Part shown: piece after piece, positions 16,057 to 24,158 of the stretch | Position numbering within the stretch: the first letter of the stretch is position 1 | Layout of the letters: every line of letters begins with the position of its first letter | Virus record (IMG/VR): IMGVR_UViG_3300033067_001238 | Span: 1-39,764 of that record | From: a virus | Lineage: Duplodnaviria > Caudoviricetes | Length of the DNA stretch: 39,764 nt | Direction: 5' to 3' (one strand) | Notes under the pieces: generated by a model | The model's database searches: none | What the model was told of the DNA's origin: nothing | Seen by the model: only the letters and a program-made list of their open reading frames with translations | Position numbers and translations under genes: made by a program

Positions 16057-16479
16057 ATGACACGTGACATTGGCTTAAACTTTGTACGAGACGACGGACA
16101 CGAACTAGCAGAGGAGTTTGATTCATATCTAGAAAAAGCGCTTCCCTGGGGCCGCGACTCTTTTGGTAGTGAATACGCTTGGAGTGGCCCGATCCCACCC
16201 AAAGACCAGTGGGAGTCAGAGGTTGATGCCCTAATAGCTATGTTAATTGAGGTTTGGGGCGATCCAACTGACGATAAATACCCCGATGAGGAGACTGGCG
16301 AGGTCACCGAGGCAGCTAGACTAATTATTGAGAGCGATCCAGCGGTGAGGGAATTGCTCTACTCTGACGCATGGCAGACAGACTCTCTCGGACTGTTACA
16401 GAGTCGCATGATTGAGATTATTCAGGCCCTCGGGGTATCTCGCGCAGTAGCGATCCGGTGGATACACGAGGAGGACTAG
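16057..16479 (+). CDS. Early hypothetical protein (acidic)
   Basis: 140 aa, preceded by AAACAGGGGCAAC. Confidence 0.7.
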   Translation: MTRDIGLNFVRDDGHELAEEFDSYLEKALPWGRDSFGSEYAWSGPIPPKDQWESEVDALIAMLIEVWGDPTDDKYPDEETGEVTEAARLIIESDPAVRELLYSDAWQTDSLGLLQSRMIEIIQALGVSRAVAIRWIHEED

Positions 16480-16536
16480 CTAACTCCGCATGCGCGGGAT
16501 GATTTAAGCCGACGACTAACAAACAGGAGCAACGAT

Positions 16537-16788
16537 ATGAGACTATCAATTAAATCACGGAAACTGGGAGTAGTATTTAATTTTTGGATGCCCGACTCTG
16601 GTGGATATATCCGTTTAGAATCAGAGGGTTACACTGGCACTCTGGGCCAACAAATTACGGAAACTGACGGCAGCGGATCGTGTGTCTCGTCTACTCCAGG
16701 ACTATTTGAGGAGACCTGCCGGAGCTGGTATCGGCGCACACTACGCGCGGAGATGAAAGAGCGAAATTGGCGATATGGAGATCGATAG
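16537..16788 (+). CDS. Early hypothetical protein
   Basis: 83 aa, preceded by AAACAGGAGCAAC. Confidence 0.7.
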   Translation: MRLSIKSRKLGVVFNFWMPDSGGYIRLESEGYTGTLGQQITETDGSGSCVSSTPGLFEETCRSWYRRTLRAEMKERNWRYGDR

Positions 16789-16805
16789 TCTAACTAACCT
16801 AATCA

Positions 16806-16823
16806 AGGGGAGCCTTCTCCCCT
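16806..16823. terminator. Hairpin between convergent genes
   Basis: AGGGGAG-CCTT-CTCCCCT. Confidence 0.5.
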
Positions 16824-16828
16824 ATTCC

Positions 16829-17068
16829 CTACTTCCATCCTTCTTCGTCCTCCAGCGCCTGATCGGGCTGGGTCTCCCTTATCCACTGGATTACCTCGGT
16901 CGGGCTATACCTCACCAACTTACCCGCTAGTCGGTAACTTGGCATACCCATTCGTCGCCAATTATACAGCGTCCCCTTAGAAACTCCTAGGAATTCCGCC
17001 ATCTCATTAGGCTTCATGAATTTTGGGTGCTGAAATACTGGATTTTTCCAACGTGGCAGATCATTCAT
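16829..17068 (-). CDS. Excisionase/AlpA-like HTH DNA-binding protein
   Basis: M...EMAEFLGVSKGTLYNWRR.GMP......VRY...EV..W winged-HTH pattern. Confidence 0.85.
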   Translation of the reverse strand: MNDLPRWKNPVFQHPKFMKPNEMAEFLGVSKGTLYNWRRMGMPSYRLAGKLVRYSPTEVIQWIRETQPDQALEDEEGWK

Positions 17069-17087
17069 AAAGCTTTGTCACTGTGAT

Positions 17088-17198
17088 TCATGGCTTCGCC
17101 CATCTAGATATTTTCTCCAGCCAACCCGCCACAGTTTCCAATGCAGTGATGAGTATCTCACAACCTAATGCTAAGGAGCTGAGAAAAAGCCTCTTCAC
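17088..17198 (-). CDS. Possible micro-ORF (36 aa)
   Basis: GTG overlapping the upstream TGA; MKRLFLSSLALGCEILITALETVAGWLEKISRWAKP. Confidence 0.4.
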   Translation of the reverse strand: MKRLFLSSLALGCEILITALETVAGWLEKISRWAKP

Positions 17199-17464
17199 TT
17201 CTTCTTCTCTCCGCCCCTACCCTTCTCTTTCTGGATCATGATCTGCTCTGCGGCGAGGTACGCTAAAAATTTATCTGCCTGCCACCCTAGCTGATCCCGT
17301 GCAATCTCCCACAATGAAACCAGGTGCTTAAGGTGCATGTTGGTGCTTTTCGTCTCGAGTGTCTCGTAGCTCTGCGGCATTATCCCAACCAGTTGAGCCA
17401 TGCGGTATTTAGTGACACCAAGTTCTTCCCTGATTTGTTTAGCGATCTTCATTGGTTGCAACAT
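17195..17464 (-). CDS. XRE/Cro-like HTH transcriptional regulator
   Basis: KQIREELGVTKYRMAQLVGIMPQSYETLE; GGAGG SD before ATG 17464; divergent from the 17533 promoter. Confidence 0.8.
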   Translation of the reverse strand: MLQPMKIAKQIREELGVTKYRMAQLVGIMPQSYETLETKSTNMHLKHLVSLWEIARDQLGWQADKFLAYLAAEQIMIQKEKGRGGEKKK

Positions 17465-17532
17465 TCTCCCACCTCCCACTTACACTATAACTATATTTAC
17501 ATATATAGACAATTCTTTTTGTTCTTTTTCTC

Positions 17533-17562
17533 TTGCATTGTACAATTTAAATTGTATATAGT
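17533..17562 (+). promoter_or_regulatory. Sigma-70-type promoter with palindromic operator in its spacer
   Basis: TTGCAT-18 bp-TATAGT; spacer holds the perfect palindrome TACAATTTAAATTGTA (17541-17556). Confidence 0.7.
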
Positions 17563-17604
17563 GAGGACATGACGAACGGCGAGAGCCGAAACCAAGGAAA
17601 TGAA

Positions 17605-17829
17605 ATGGAAAAGTACGCACAAGAAAATTGGACCGAAGGGAATCAGCGCTTTTACTGCTCGCAAAATGGCCACGGGCATTGGTGGCCATGCATGGAGATG
17701 AAAGGGACCGAGGGCGGTAGTTGGTACCCGATCATCATTCGCAACTCGACCCCTTTTAAGACTCTGAAGGGTGCCATCAAGTTCGTTGAAGCCACTCGGG
17801 AAAGAATCGCTAAGCGAAAGGCCGCCTAA
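17605..17829 (+). CDS. Early hypothetical protein
   Basis: AAGGA SD before ATG 17605 (track start 17569). Confidence 0.6.
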   Translation: MEKYAQENWTEGNQRFYCSQNGHGHWWPCMEMKGTEGGSWYPIIIRNSTPFKTLKGAIKFVEATRERIAKRKAA

Positions 17830-17990
17830 TGAAACTTCTTGAATCCCCTCGTTACCAAGACCGCCTGGTCCTCTCAATCATTGAGTCGATCCGGGCGCTG
17901 CCTGGGTCGGCTCCGATTGTCCGAGACTTGAAGGCGGGTAGAGTCGAAGCAGTTAAGCGAGCCTACGATTTAATAAAGGGCAAGAAATGA
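17829..17990 (+). CDS. Hypothetical protein (53 aa)
   Basis: Not in track. TAATG and ATGA overlaps at both ends; MKLLESPRYQDRLVLSIIESIRALPG... Confidence 0.6.
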   Translation: MKLLESPRYQDRLVLSIIESIRALPGSAPIVRDLKAGRVEAVKRAYDLIKGKK

Positions 17991-18628
17991 TATTCGGGAT
18001 TGACTATCTAGCGGGGGCTAAATACCCCGATCTAGTCCTCAAGAACCACCCGAAAGGCTGGGCGGCAGGGTTCTTTGATCGCACCTTTGGTGACGTTTAC
18101 CCGCTGGTGAAAGCTCTCTCAGAGAGCGGCAAATGCCCTCTAATTCGAATCCATCTCTGTTGGAGCGATGACCACATCTTCAACGATGCACAAGTGCAGT
18201 ACGCCATAGGTTCGGCCAAGCGGTTCAATAAACTGTCAGGGCATTCTCGGATCGAATTCTCTCCAGTCTGCGAGCACAATATCAAAGACCCTACTCCTTT
18301 GCTCTGTCGGTTCCACGACGCCGCGCCTACATGCACTATAATTAACACGCCATGGAAAGGAGGTCTCTCCGCGCCCTTCAAATTGGAGAAGCACGGCGAT
18401 GTGCCTTCTACGGCTAACTACCCCAACAATTACTCTTTCGACGGGACCGATTGTTTCGCGCGAAACATTAAATCTTACATAAGAGACTTCCAGACCGCTG
18501 AGGTCTTTTTCCTCTGGACTCCTCGCCTCAATCTTCTGAAAGACTCCAACGATCACACGCCACGACCTAAGCGGACCGCGCTACCCGATAAAATGCTACT
18601 TCAGAAACTTCAGGAGCTAGTGAAATGA
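17987..18628 (+). CDS. Hypothetical protein, possible glycoside hydrolase-like alpha/beta barrel
   Basis: 213 aa; GIDY start, IRIHL.W and PVCEH strand-end motifs; coupled to a transglycosylase; fold is a guess. Confidence 0.5.
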   Translation: MIFGIDYLAGAKYPDLVLKNHPKGWAAGFFDRTFGDVYPLVKALSESGKCPLIRIHLCWSDDHIFNDAQVQYAIGSAKRFNKLSGHSRIEFSPVCEHNIKDPTPLLCRFHDAAPTCTIINTPWKGGLSAPFKLEKHGDVPSTANYPNNYSFDGTDCFARNIKSYIRDFQTAEVFFLWTPRLNLLKDSNDHTPRPKRTALPDKMLLQKLQELVK

Positions 18629-19299
18629 ATAGATATAAACGACTGCTAAAAGCTCTTAAGTATATCTTAATAACTGCTATAATTATTGCTGCCTCTTATG
18701 CGGTTGTCATTGCTTGCACACTTACGATCAATTGGTGCGGTGTGAAATATGCGGAAGCATCTCAGGCCGTGCGCGATAAGCTCACGACGGTTCAGGTGGT
18801 CGAGAAAACGACGGTGCTAGACCCTGAGAAAGTGCCAGTAGAGCAACTAATCGATCAACTCTCTGCCGACTTTGGCGTCAATAGATTAATAGTTCGTGCC
18901 ATGGCGTTACAGGAATCGGGCGGGTGGAGTCGGGTAGATCGCTATCGATTTGAGCCGAAACTATTACCGCTTACTAAATCCATTCGAGGCACTGACGACG
19001 AAAAGAAATTGTGGGCTGGTTCCTGGGGGCTACTCCAGGTCATTCCAATCATTCACGCGAAACGATGCGGCCTCTCTTCCTACTCGGAGTTGATAGACCC
19101 AAAAACCAATATTGAGTGTGGCCTGACTATTTTGACTGAGAACCTAAAGCGCCACTCTGAGATCAAGAGCCCTGCCGAACGCCTACGCCTAGCCCTCCGA
19201 GACTATAACGGGTCCGGTCCCGATGCTGAGAACTATTCCAATGCTGTGATGTCACGGCTGGCAAATATGCTGCTTCTAACTTTAGGTGATCGAATATGA
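18625..19299 (+). CDS. Lytic transglycosylase (SLT domain) with N-terminal TM anchor
   Basis: A.ALQESGG (catalytic Glu), GLLQV, NI..G, ALRDYNG; hydrophobic N-terminal helix. Confidence 0.85.
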   Translation: MNRYKRLLKALKYILITAIIIAASYAVVIACTLTINWCGVKYAEASQAVRDKLTTVQVVEKTTVLDPEKVPVEQLIDQLSADFGVNRLIVRAMALQESGGWSRVDRYRFEPKLLPLTKSIRGTDDEKKLWAGSWGLLQVIPIIHAKRCGLSSYSELIDPKTNIECGLTILTENLKRHSEIKSPAERLRLALRDYNGSGPDAENYSNAVMSRLANMLLLTLGDRI

Positions 19300-19388
19300 A
19301 CTTAATCACGGGCCTCTGGGAAGGCGTAAAGATTTTAGCCACTTGCATAGTCTGTGCCGAATTTTTGGCACGATTTGTGCTTCTGTAA
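19296..19388 (+). CDS. Possible hydrophobic micro-peptide (30 aa)
   Basis: AGGTGA SD, ATGA overlap; MNLITGLWEGVKILATCIVCAEFLARFVLL. Confidence 0.4.
   Translation: MNLITGLWEGVKILATCIVCAEFLARFVLL
19344..19381. promoter_or_regulatory. Back-to-back sigma-54-like motifs upstream of the recombinase
   Basis: Plus TGGCAC-GATTT-GTGCT (19366-19381); minus CGGCAC-AGACT-ATGCA (19359-19344); GG-to-GC spacing correct in both. Confidence 0.45.
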
Positions 19389-19469
19389 TTTTTGATTATA
19401 TCCCTCAAGATTTTGCTAGCAAGCTCTGCCTTTCCGGTATATGAAACACCGGTTGTGACGGGGGGCAGC

Positions 19470-20465
19470 ATGGTTGAGGGGAACGATGTTGAACTTGAGG
19501 AGCCTGATTTGTCTTTCGCTTCGATGTTTGAAGCGTGGGTAGCTGGGTATAGTCCGAACACTCAACGAGCATATAAAAAAGTTTTAGATGATTGGGTAAA
19601 CTGGGCTCAAGAAAGAGCCTGGATACTCAAGACCAGGGCTCTCACACACGTTAAGCAGACTGAAGCACAACAATACATTTTAGCCCTCTCTCAACGTCCT
19701 GGAAGCCCAACAGAGTGGGGCAAGGCTTCCGCCTCCTATCGCACCATCCATCACCGAAAGAACGTCCTGAAGAGCTTCTACGGGCATCTCATACGGAACG
19801 GCCATGTGACAGGCCCGAATCCTTTCGACTTCCCGCTTAATCTACAGGCAGAGGATCGACGTTCATATGAAAGACTGACAGACGAGCAGATCGGAAAGAT
19901 GCTAATGCAAAGCGATTGCGCCACAACGGACGGACGGAGAGACCACGCTATTATGTGCTTGCTCTTTGGTGCTGGTCTGAGGCGTTCTGAGGTGTGCGGT
20001 TTGGCCGTTGGTGACTTGACAGAGAGTAACGGCATAGCCCGAATCCGACTCAGACGGCAGAAGAATAAGAAATTATCGGTCATGCCTTTACCTGAGCCCG
20101 TTTCTGAGGCTCTGTTAGCCGTGAAGGCGGATAGAGTTGAAGATGGTGCTAGTGCCACCTCTCCTCTTTTCGTAAAGCGAAAAGGCAAGCCTGTAGTAAT
20201 TTCAGCTATTTCTGACTGCTTCGTGCGCCGATTGTTCAAGTCGTACTTGAACCGGGCGGGACTAGACTCTCGTTTTAGTTGTCACTGTGCTAGAGCGACC
20301 GCAATAACCAACCTTCTTGAAGCCGGACTTACCTACCGAGAAGTTCAAGAATTTAGCAGACATAGCTCTGTTAAAATGGTGGAGGTTTATGACAAACGGC
20401 GGTTCAGTGATGCCGATTCTCCAGCCACAAAATTATCTTATTTCCAGACTAAAAAAACCAGTTGA
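19470..20465 (+). CDS. Tyrosine recombinase (XerC/D-like integrase or resolvase)
   Basis: GLRRSEV (Arg), HCAR (HxxR), RHSS (His), VYD (Tyr nucleophile), SAM-like N-domain; start uncertain (19392, 19470 or 19524). Confidence 0.93.
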   Translation: MVEGNDVELEEPDLSFASMFEAWVAGYSPNTQRAYKKVLDDWVNWAQERAWILKTRALTHVKQTEAQQYILALSQRPGSPTEWGKASASYRTIHHRKNVLKSFYGHLIRNGHVTGPNPFDFPLNLQAEDRRSYERLTDEQIGKMLMQSDCATTDGRRDHAIMCLLFGAGLRRSEVCGLAVGDLTESNGIARIRLRRQKNKKLSVMPLPEPVSEALLAVKADRVEDGASATSPLFVKRKGKPVVISAISDCFVRRLFKSYLNRAGLDSRFSCHCARATAITNLLEAGLTYREVQEFSRHSSVKMVEVYDKRRFSDADSPATKLSYFQTKKTS

Positions 20466-20494
20466 CGAATCAGACTCAGGTGGTTCACCATCAA

Positions 20495-20625
20495 ATTACC
20501 GAGGGATGACGCCCGTCATTGCAATTATCGGTCAATTCTGAATTCCCTTCTGCCCGATAAGAACACTTATCGGCGAGGAAACAGAGTTTTTTGACCGATA
20601 AATGACCGTCATTCCGCTCGATAAT
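20495..20625. repeat. Nested inverted-repeat site with dif-like core (putative attP or res)
   Basis: Core CTGCCCGATAA-GAACAC-TTATCGGCGAG (20550-20577); TTATCGGTCAA (20525) / TTGACCGATAA (20591); outer ATTACCGAGGGATGACG / CGTCATTCCGCTCGATAAT. Confidence 0.7.
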
Positions 20626-20638
20626 AAGGGGCGGATAA

Positions 20639-21517
20639 ATGCTTTTCTCTGACGAAGAAATAGCGCGGGTAAGAGACTTGCTGCAAGGCGAAACCTCTCG
20701 CCTGATCGAAGACCTACCAGAAGATATCTATCACTCTCTGATTGGAGCCGTTTCGTCTCATGGCCTTGGAGCTATGAGCGAGAGTCCTCTAGCTTGCTAC
20801 GACAAGTTAATTACTCCCTCCAAAGTCACGGACGCCATGGTTTTGGGATCTCTGACCCACTCCGTTTACCTATCTAATACCACCGGTGACGTTTGGATTG
20901 TCCCGGAGGACTTGAGGGGACAGAAGAAAGAGGTCAAGGAGCAGAGAGAGCAGCTGATAAAAATATATGGGGATCGCTGGGTCTATCAGTCTGACCTAGA
21001 TGAGATCCTTGAACGAAAGAAAGTTTACGACTCTCACCAATCCGTTAAAAACACGGTCATTCCGAACATTGAACTAGTAGAGTTGAGCATCTTATGGCTC
21101 GACCGAGAAACAGAGCTTTACCGCCGTTCCCGCCTAGATGCTTACGGCTTTCGCAAGAAAATCAACATTGATCTTAAAACAACTTCGAAGTGGTCTGAGC
21201 GCGAACTTCAAACTGCTATCAAGTCGTACGGCTACCACAACCAGCTAGCTACTTATCGCGAGGCCATGCGCGCTGTAGGCCATGATGTCGAGCACAGCTT
21301 AATCGTCTGGATAAAGACTACCCGCCCTTATGACGTAGCCGTCTGGCGGATCCCTGACGCGGACATAGAGCAAGGCCACCGGGAAAATAGGGAGCGCTTA
21401 AAGCTCTTCGCTGAGTGCCTGCACACCAATAACTGGCCCGGCAAATACCCTTCAACTGTAGAACTCGGCCTACCTTCGTGGGCTGTAGATAACCAAGGAG
21501 AAACTGAAAATGAGTGA
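20639..21517 (+). CDS. PD-(D/E)XK exonuclease, RecE/exonuclease VIII-like
   Basis: YH.....SS, G...H, E.S..W, RLD, DLKTT and YH.Q...Y motifs; upstream of an annealase. Confidence 0.88.
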   Translation: MLFSDEEIARVRDLLQGETSRLIEDLPEDIYHSLIGAVSSHGLGAMSESPLACYDKLITPSKVTDAMVLGSLTHSVYLSNTTGDVWIVPEDLRGQKKEVKEQREQLIKIYGDRWVYQSDLDEILERKKVYDSHQSVKNTVIPNIELVELSILWLDRETELYRRSRLDAYGFRKKINIDLKTTSKWSERELQTAIKSYGYHNQLATYREAMRAVGHDVEHSLIVWIKTTRPYDVAVWRIPDADIEQGHRENRERLKLFAECLHTNNWPGKYPSTVELGLPSWAVDNQGETENE

Positions 21518-22370
21518 GAACTTACCGACAGTAGTGACGACGAAAGCAGTCGCAAACTTTGATAGGCAATTAGATTATACTGACCGGCAACTCTTGGATG
21601 TCTTGAAGCAGACAGTAGCTAAAGGTACGTCGGACCCCGAGTTCAAGTTCTTCATCGAGCTTTGTCAGTCGTCAGGCTTCAACCCACTCAAGAAAGAGAT
21701 TTGGTGCTTTAAGAGCGGTGACAAGCTAATCACCATGGTAGGCATAAATGGGTTTTTTGAGCGAGCCAATGCTCACCCGATGTATGATGGGATGGAATTA
21801 GAATGTGACAATGAACTGAGCCCAACCTGGGTTAAGTGTATCGTTTATCGCAAAGACCGTTCACGTCCTACAACGGCCACCGCATTGCTAAAAGAATTTA
21901 AGAAGAATACTCCGCTGTGGCAGTCCTCCCCTTACCACATGCTATGCAAGGTAGCTAAGGCGATTGCCCTCAGAGAGGCATTCTCTCAACAACTATCGGG
22001 CCTATATATACCGGAAGAGATCGAAGGTGAGCCGATCAAACAGAAGTCAGCTAAACTTGCAGAGCTTGAAGCCCCCACACATGAACCCACTCCCGAGCCC
22101 AAGCCTAAGCCCGGACCTAAGAAAGACAAAGGCGACATTAACAACCGGAAACAAGCGCTCCTCTCTTCCTTTGAGCTTCTTGGTGTCACCCAATCACAGC
22201 TTGAAAACTACTGTGAGTGTTCGCTGGAGAAGATGAACGAAGTCGATCTTCAGAACTTAGGCGACGTGTACAAAGACATCAAAAAAGGGATGAACCCTAG
22301 CGAGTTTTTCGTGCGAGCGCCTAATGCGGAAGTCGTTCCCGAGGACAACATTGATCCAGAAGGTTGGTAG
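21510..22370 (+). CDS. bet: Single-strand annealing recombinase, Bet/RecT family
   Basis: F..LC...G.NP.KKEIW, VGINGF, W...P..ML.K.A...ALR.AF....GLY..EE. Confidence 0.9.
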   Translation: MSENLPTVVTTKAVANFDRQLDYTDRQLLDVLKQTVAKGTSDPEFKFFIELCQSSGFNPLKKEIWCFKSGDKLITMVGINGFFERANAHPMYDGMELECDNELSPTWVKCIVYRKDRSRPTTATALLKEFKKNTPLWQSSPYHMLCKVAKAIALREAFSQQLSGLYIPEEIEGEPIKQKSAKLAELEAPTHEPTPEPKPKPGPKKDKGDINNRKQALLSSFELLGVTQSQLENYCECSLEKMNEVDLQNLGDVYKDIKKGMNPSEFFVRAPNAEVVPEDNIDPEGW

Positions 22371-22379
22371 GAGGTTGCT

Positions 22380-23069
22380 ATGTATCTACAGATACCAGTT
22401 TGGCCGTTTGAGCGTGGAGTATTCGCACCTCAAGATATCGAGGAGTTAGGGGCATACGCTGACTTAGTGAGTTTAGCTAACCATGGCGGTAAATATTCCC
22501 CGCTATCTAAAGGGTGGTGTGAGCCGGGAGAACTTCACGTTTCAGAGAGGTTTCTAGCGCTGAGATGGGAATGGAATAAAAGTAAGGTTCACCGGCTTTT
22601 ACTCTGGGCATTGGAGCACAACCTCTTTCTTACTCGTCCTGATACGGCTGAGGGTAGATGGCTGAAGGTTTGGCAGGGTGGAGAGATTCCCGAGGACCTA
22701 GGCGGCTGGCACTTTTTTAACGGTGAAGTGATAGAGGAAAAGCCTAGAAAGGCGGACTTTGGCGCAACTCTCGATCAAGTGGCTTTCCCTCCGCATTTAG
22801 ATACTTTCCCCGTCCGGGAGGCGATCCAGAAATTTTGTAGCTATCGCCGAATGACTTTGAAAAAGCCAATTAAGAGTGCTGGCCCAATCAACATCATTCT
22901 CAATCGATTCAAGGCGCGCTCCGCTGCGGTGCTTATCGCTGCAATTGATCACTCAATCGAACAAGAATGGCAATCCGTTTTTGAGCCGAAAAGCTACGGG
23001 AAAAAGAACCCGAATGATGCCCATGCTGCGAATCTAGAGCTTATCGAGAGCCTGAGGAGGGGAGGATGA
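22380..23069 (+). CDS. Putative replication initiation protein
   Basis: SERFLALRWEWNKSKVHRLL winged-helix motif; C-terminal F..YR....KP...AIDHSI...WQ.VF domain; precedes a loader. Confidence 0.65.
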   Translation: MYLQIPVWPFERGVFAPQDIEELGAYADLVSLANHGGKYSPLSKGWCEPGELHVSERFLALRWEWNKSKVHRLLLWALEHNLFLTRPDTAEGRWLKVWQGGEIPEDLGGWHFFNGEVIEEKPRKADFGATLDQVAFPPHLDTFPVREAIQKFCSYRRMTLKKPIKSAGPINIILNRFKARSAAVLIAAIDHSIEQEWQSVFEPKSYGKKNPNDAHAANLELIESLRRGG

Positions 23070-23713
23070 CTAAGGCAGAGGTCGGAGAAATCCTAGTTTA
23101 TTTACTTGCTGATTTTGGTGAGCAGGTATCCAAGCCCAAGGTCGATGTCTGGTTTGACCAGTTACAGACCGTACCACAATCACATGCTTGGACCGTCGCT
23201 AGGGTGATGCTTGGGCGAAAGACCTACGGAGTTCCAAAGGTTCAAGACTTTATGGAGACATACAAAGACATGCTTGTTAGTGCGCGTGGTGAGACTTGGG
23301 CCGAGGCGTGGGACTGCTGGGTCAAACTCGCTCGAAGGTACGGCTATCACAATCAAGCGCAAGCCATGGATGAGTACGAGAAAGAATGCCCCCTTGGATA
23401 TCGAGCGCTAGGGACCCTGGCTAGAGAGTGGTTCGACATTAAATCGGAAGATATTCCCACTTTCCGCGCTCAATTCCGCCAACGATATGAGTCTTTAAAT
23501 ACCCGTGACGAGCGCATGCTCTTACCTGGAAACCTCAAAGAGGAGATGGAGAAAATTGGATTCACCAGCCGAGACGTTTCAAACAACGGAAGCGCAAGAA
23601 CTCAGATATCACAGAGAGCGGATAGCGGAAGGCAAGGTCAAGGTGGTTTGGAAAAGTCGGGAGGGGCGGCGCTGTTACTGCTACGAAAGACGGGAGTTCC
23701 ACAAGAATCTTGA
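23066..23713 (+). CDS. Helicase loader/inhibitor, SPP1 G39P-like
   Basis: MTK.E...IL..L, W...L, P...D, AEAW and RAQF...YE patterns; follows the initiator. Confidence 0.7.
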   Translation: MTKAEVGEILVYLLADFGEQVSKPKVDVWFDQLQTVPQSHAWTVARVMLGRKTYGVPKVQDFMETYKDMLVSARGETWAEAWDCWVKLARRYGYHNQAQAMDEYEKECPLGYRALGTLAREWFDIKSEDIPTFRAQFRQRYESLNTRDERMLLPGNLKEEMEKIGFTSRDVSNNGSARTQISQRADSGRQGQGGLEKSGGAALLLLRKTGVPQES

Positions 23714-23753
23714 AGAGGGCCAAGAGATTGTGTGGTTGTGGGCGAAGCCATGA
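23556..23753 (+). CDS. Hypothetical protein overlapping the loader C-terminus
   Basis: TTG after GGAG; ends in an ATGA overlap with the next gene. Confidence 0.45.
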   Translation: MDSPAETFQTTEAQELRYHRERIAEGKVKVVWKSREGRRCYCYERREFHKNLEEGQEIVWLWAKP

Positions 23754-24052
23754 AGTTTATCGCGAACAAAAACCGAGAGATTGAGACGCTAACTTTGACC
23801 GGGGAAGAGCTGATCGAAGTAATGCGGAAGATTCTTAAAAAGAAAGAATACCTGGTAGCCGAGGACTTTGACGTGATTGTCAGGTTCAAGACTGCTGACT
23901 ATTCAATGTTAGATCCTAACGGGAAAGGAGATAGATATGCGAAAGCCGTTCATTCTAGCAATGGGAACAAAGATCGGACAGGTGGAGAGGTCGTGCAAGC
24001 GGTGTCCAAAGTGCGAGTCATTACTGGTGTTCAACGTGAGTTGGATCTCTAA
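23750..24052 (+). CDS. Hypothetical protein
   Basis: ATG 23750 (MKFIANK...). Confidence 0.55.
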   Translation: MKFIANKNREIETLTLTGEELIEVMRKILKKKEYLVAEDFDVIVRFKTADYSMLDPNGKGDRYAKAVHSSNGNKDRTGGEVVQAVSKVRVITGVQRELDL

Positions 24053-24158
24053 AGGGGAGATAGTTTGTGATGAGTGCGAGACTAACAGACGAAGAGAAGA
24101 AGGCGCGAGCGAAAGCACGGAAGGCAGCGAAGTATCAGCTAGCTCTGGAAACATCTAG
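23937..24158 (+). CDS. Small zinc-finger protein
   Basis: AAGGAG SD; CPKC...CDEC; overlaps both neighbours. Confidence 0.5.
   Translation: MRKPFILAMGTKIGQVERSCKRCPKCESLLVFNVSWISKGEIVCDECETNRRREEGASESTEGSEVSASSGNI

Noticed and set aside
20495-20625. Protelomerase (hairpin telomere) target
   Set aside because: The palindrome is imperfect with an asymmetric centre, and the adjacent enzyme is a ~330-aa Xer-like recombinase
17087-23754. 16-bp inverted repeat TGGGCGAAGCCATGAA at 17087-17102 (minus) and 23739-23754 (plus) as invertible-segment ends
   Set aside because: One 16-bp match in 40 kb is close to chance expectation and it has no dyad core; both copies do fall at WAKP-stop junctions, so read-orientation data could revive it
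18097-23889. Minus-strand track ORFs in the early region (e.g. 18097, 18236, 19163, 19778, 21328, 21986, 23180, 23638)
   Set aside because: Shadows of motif-bearing plus-strand genes
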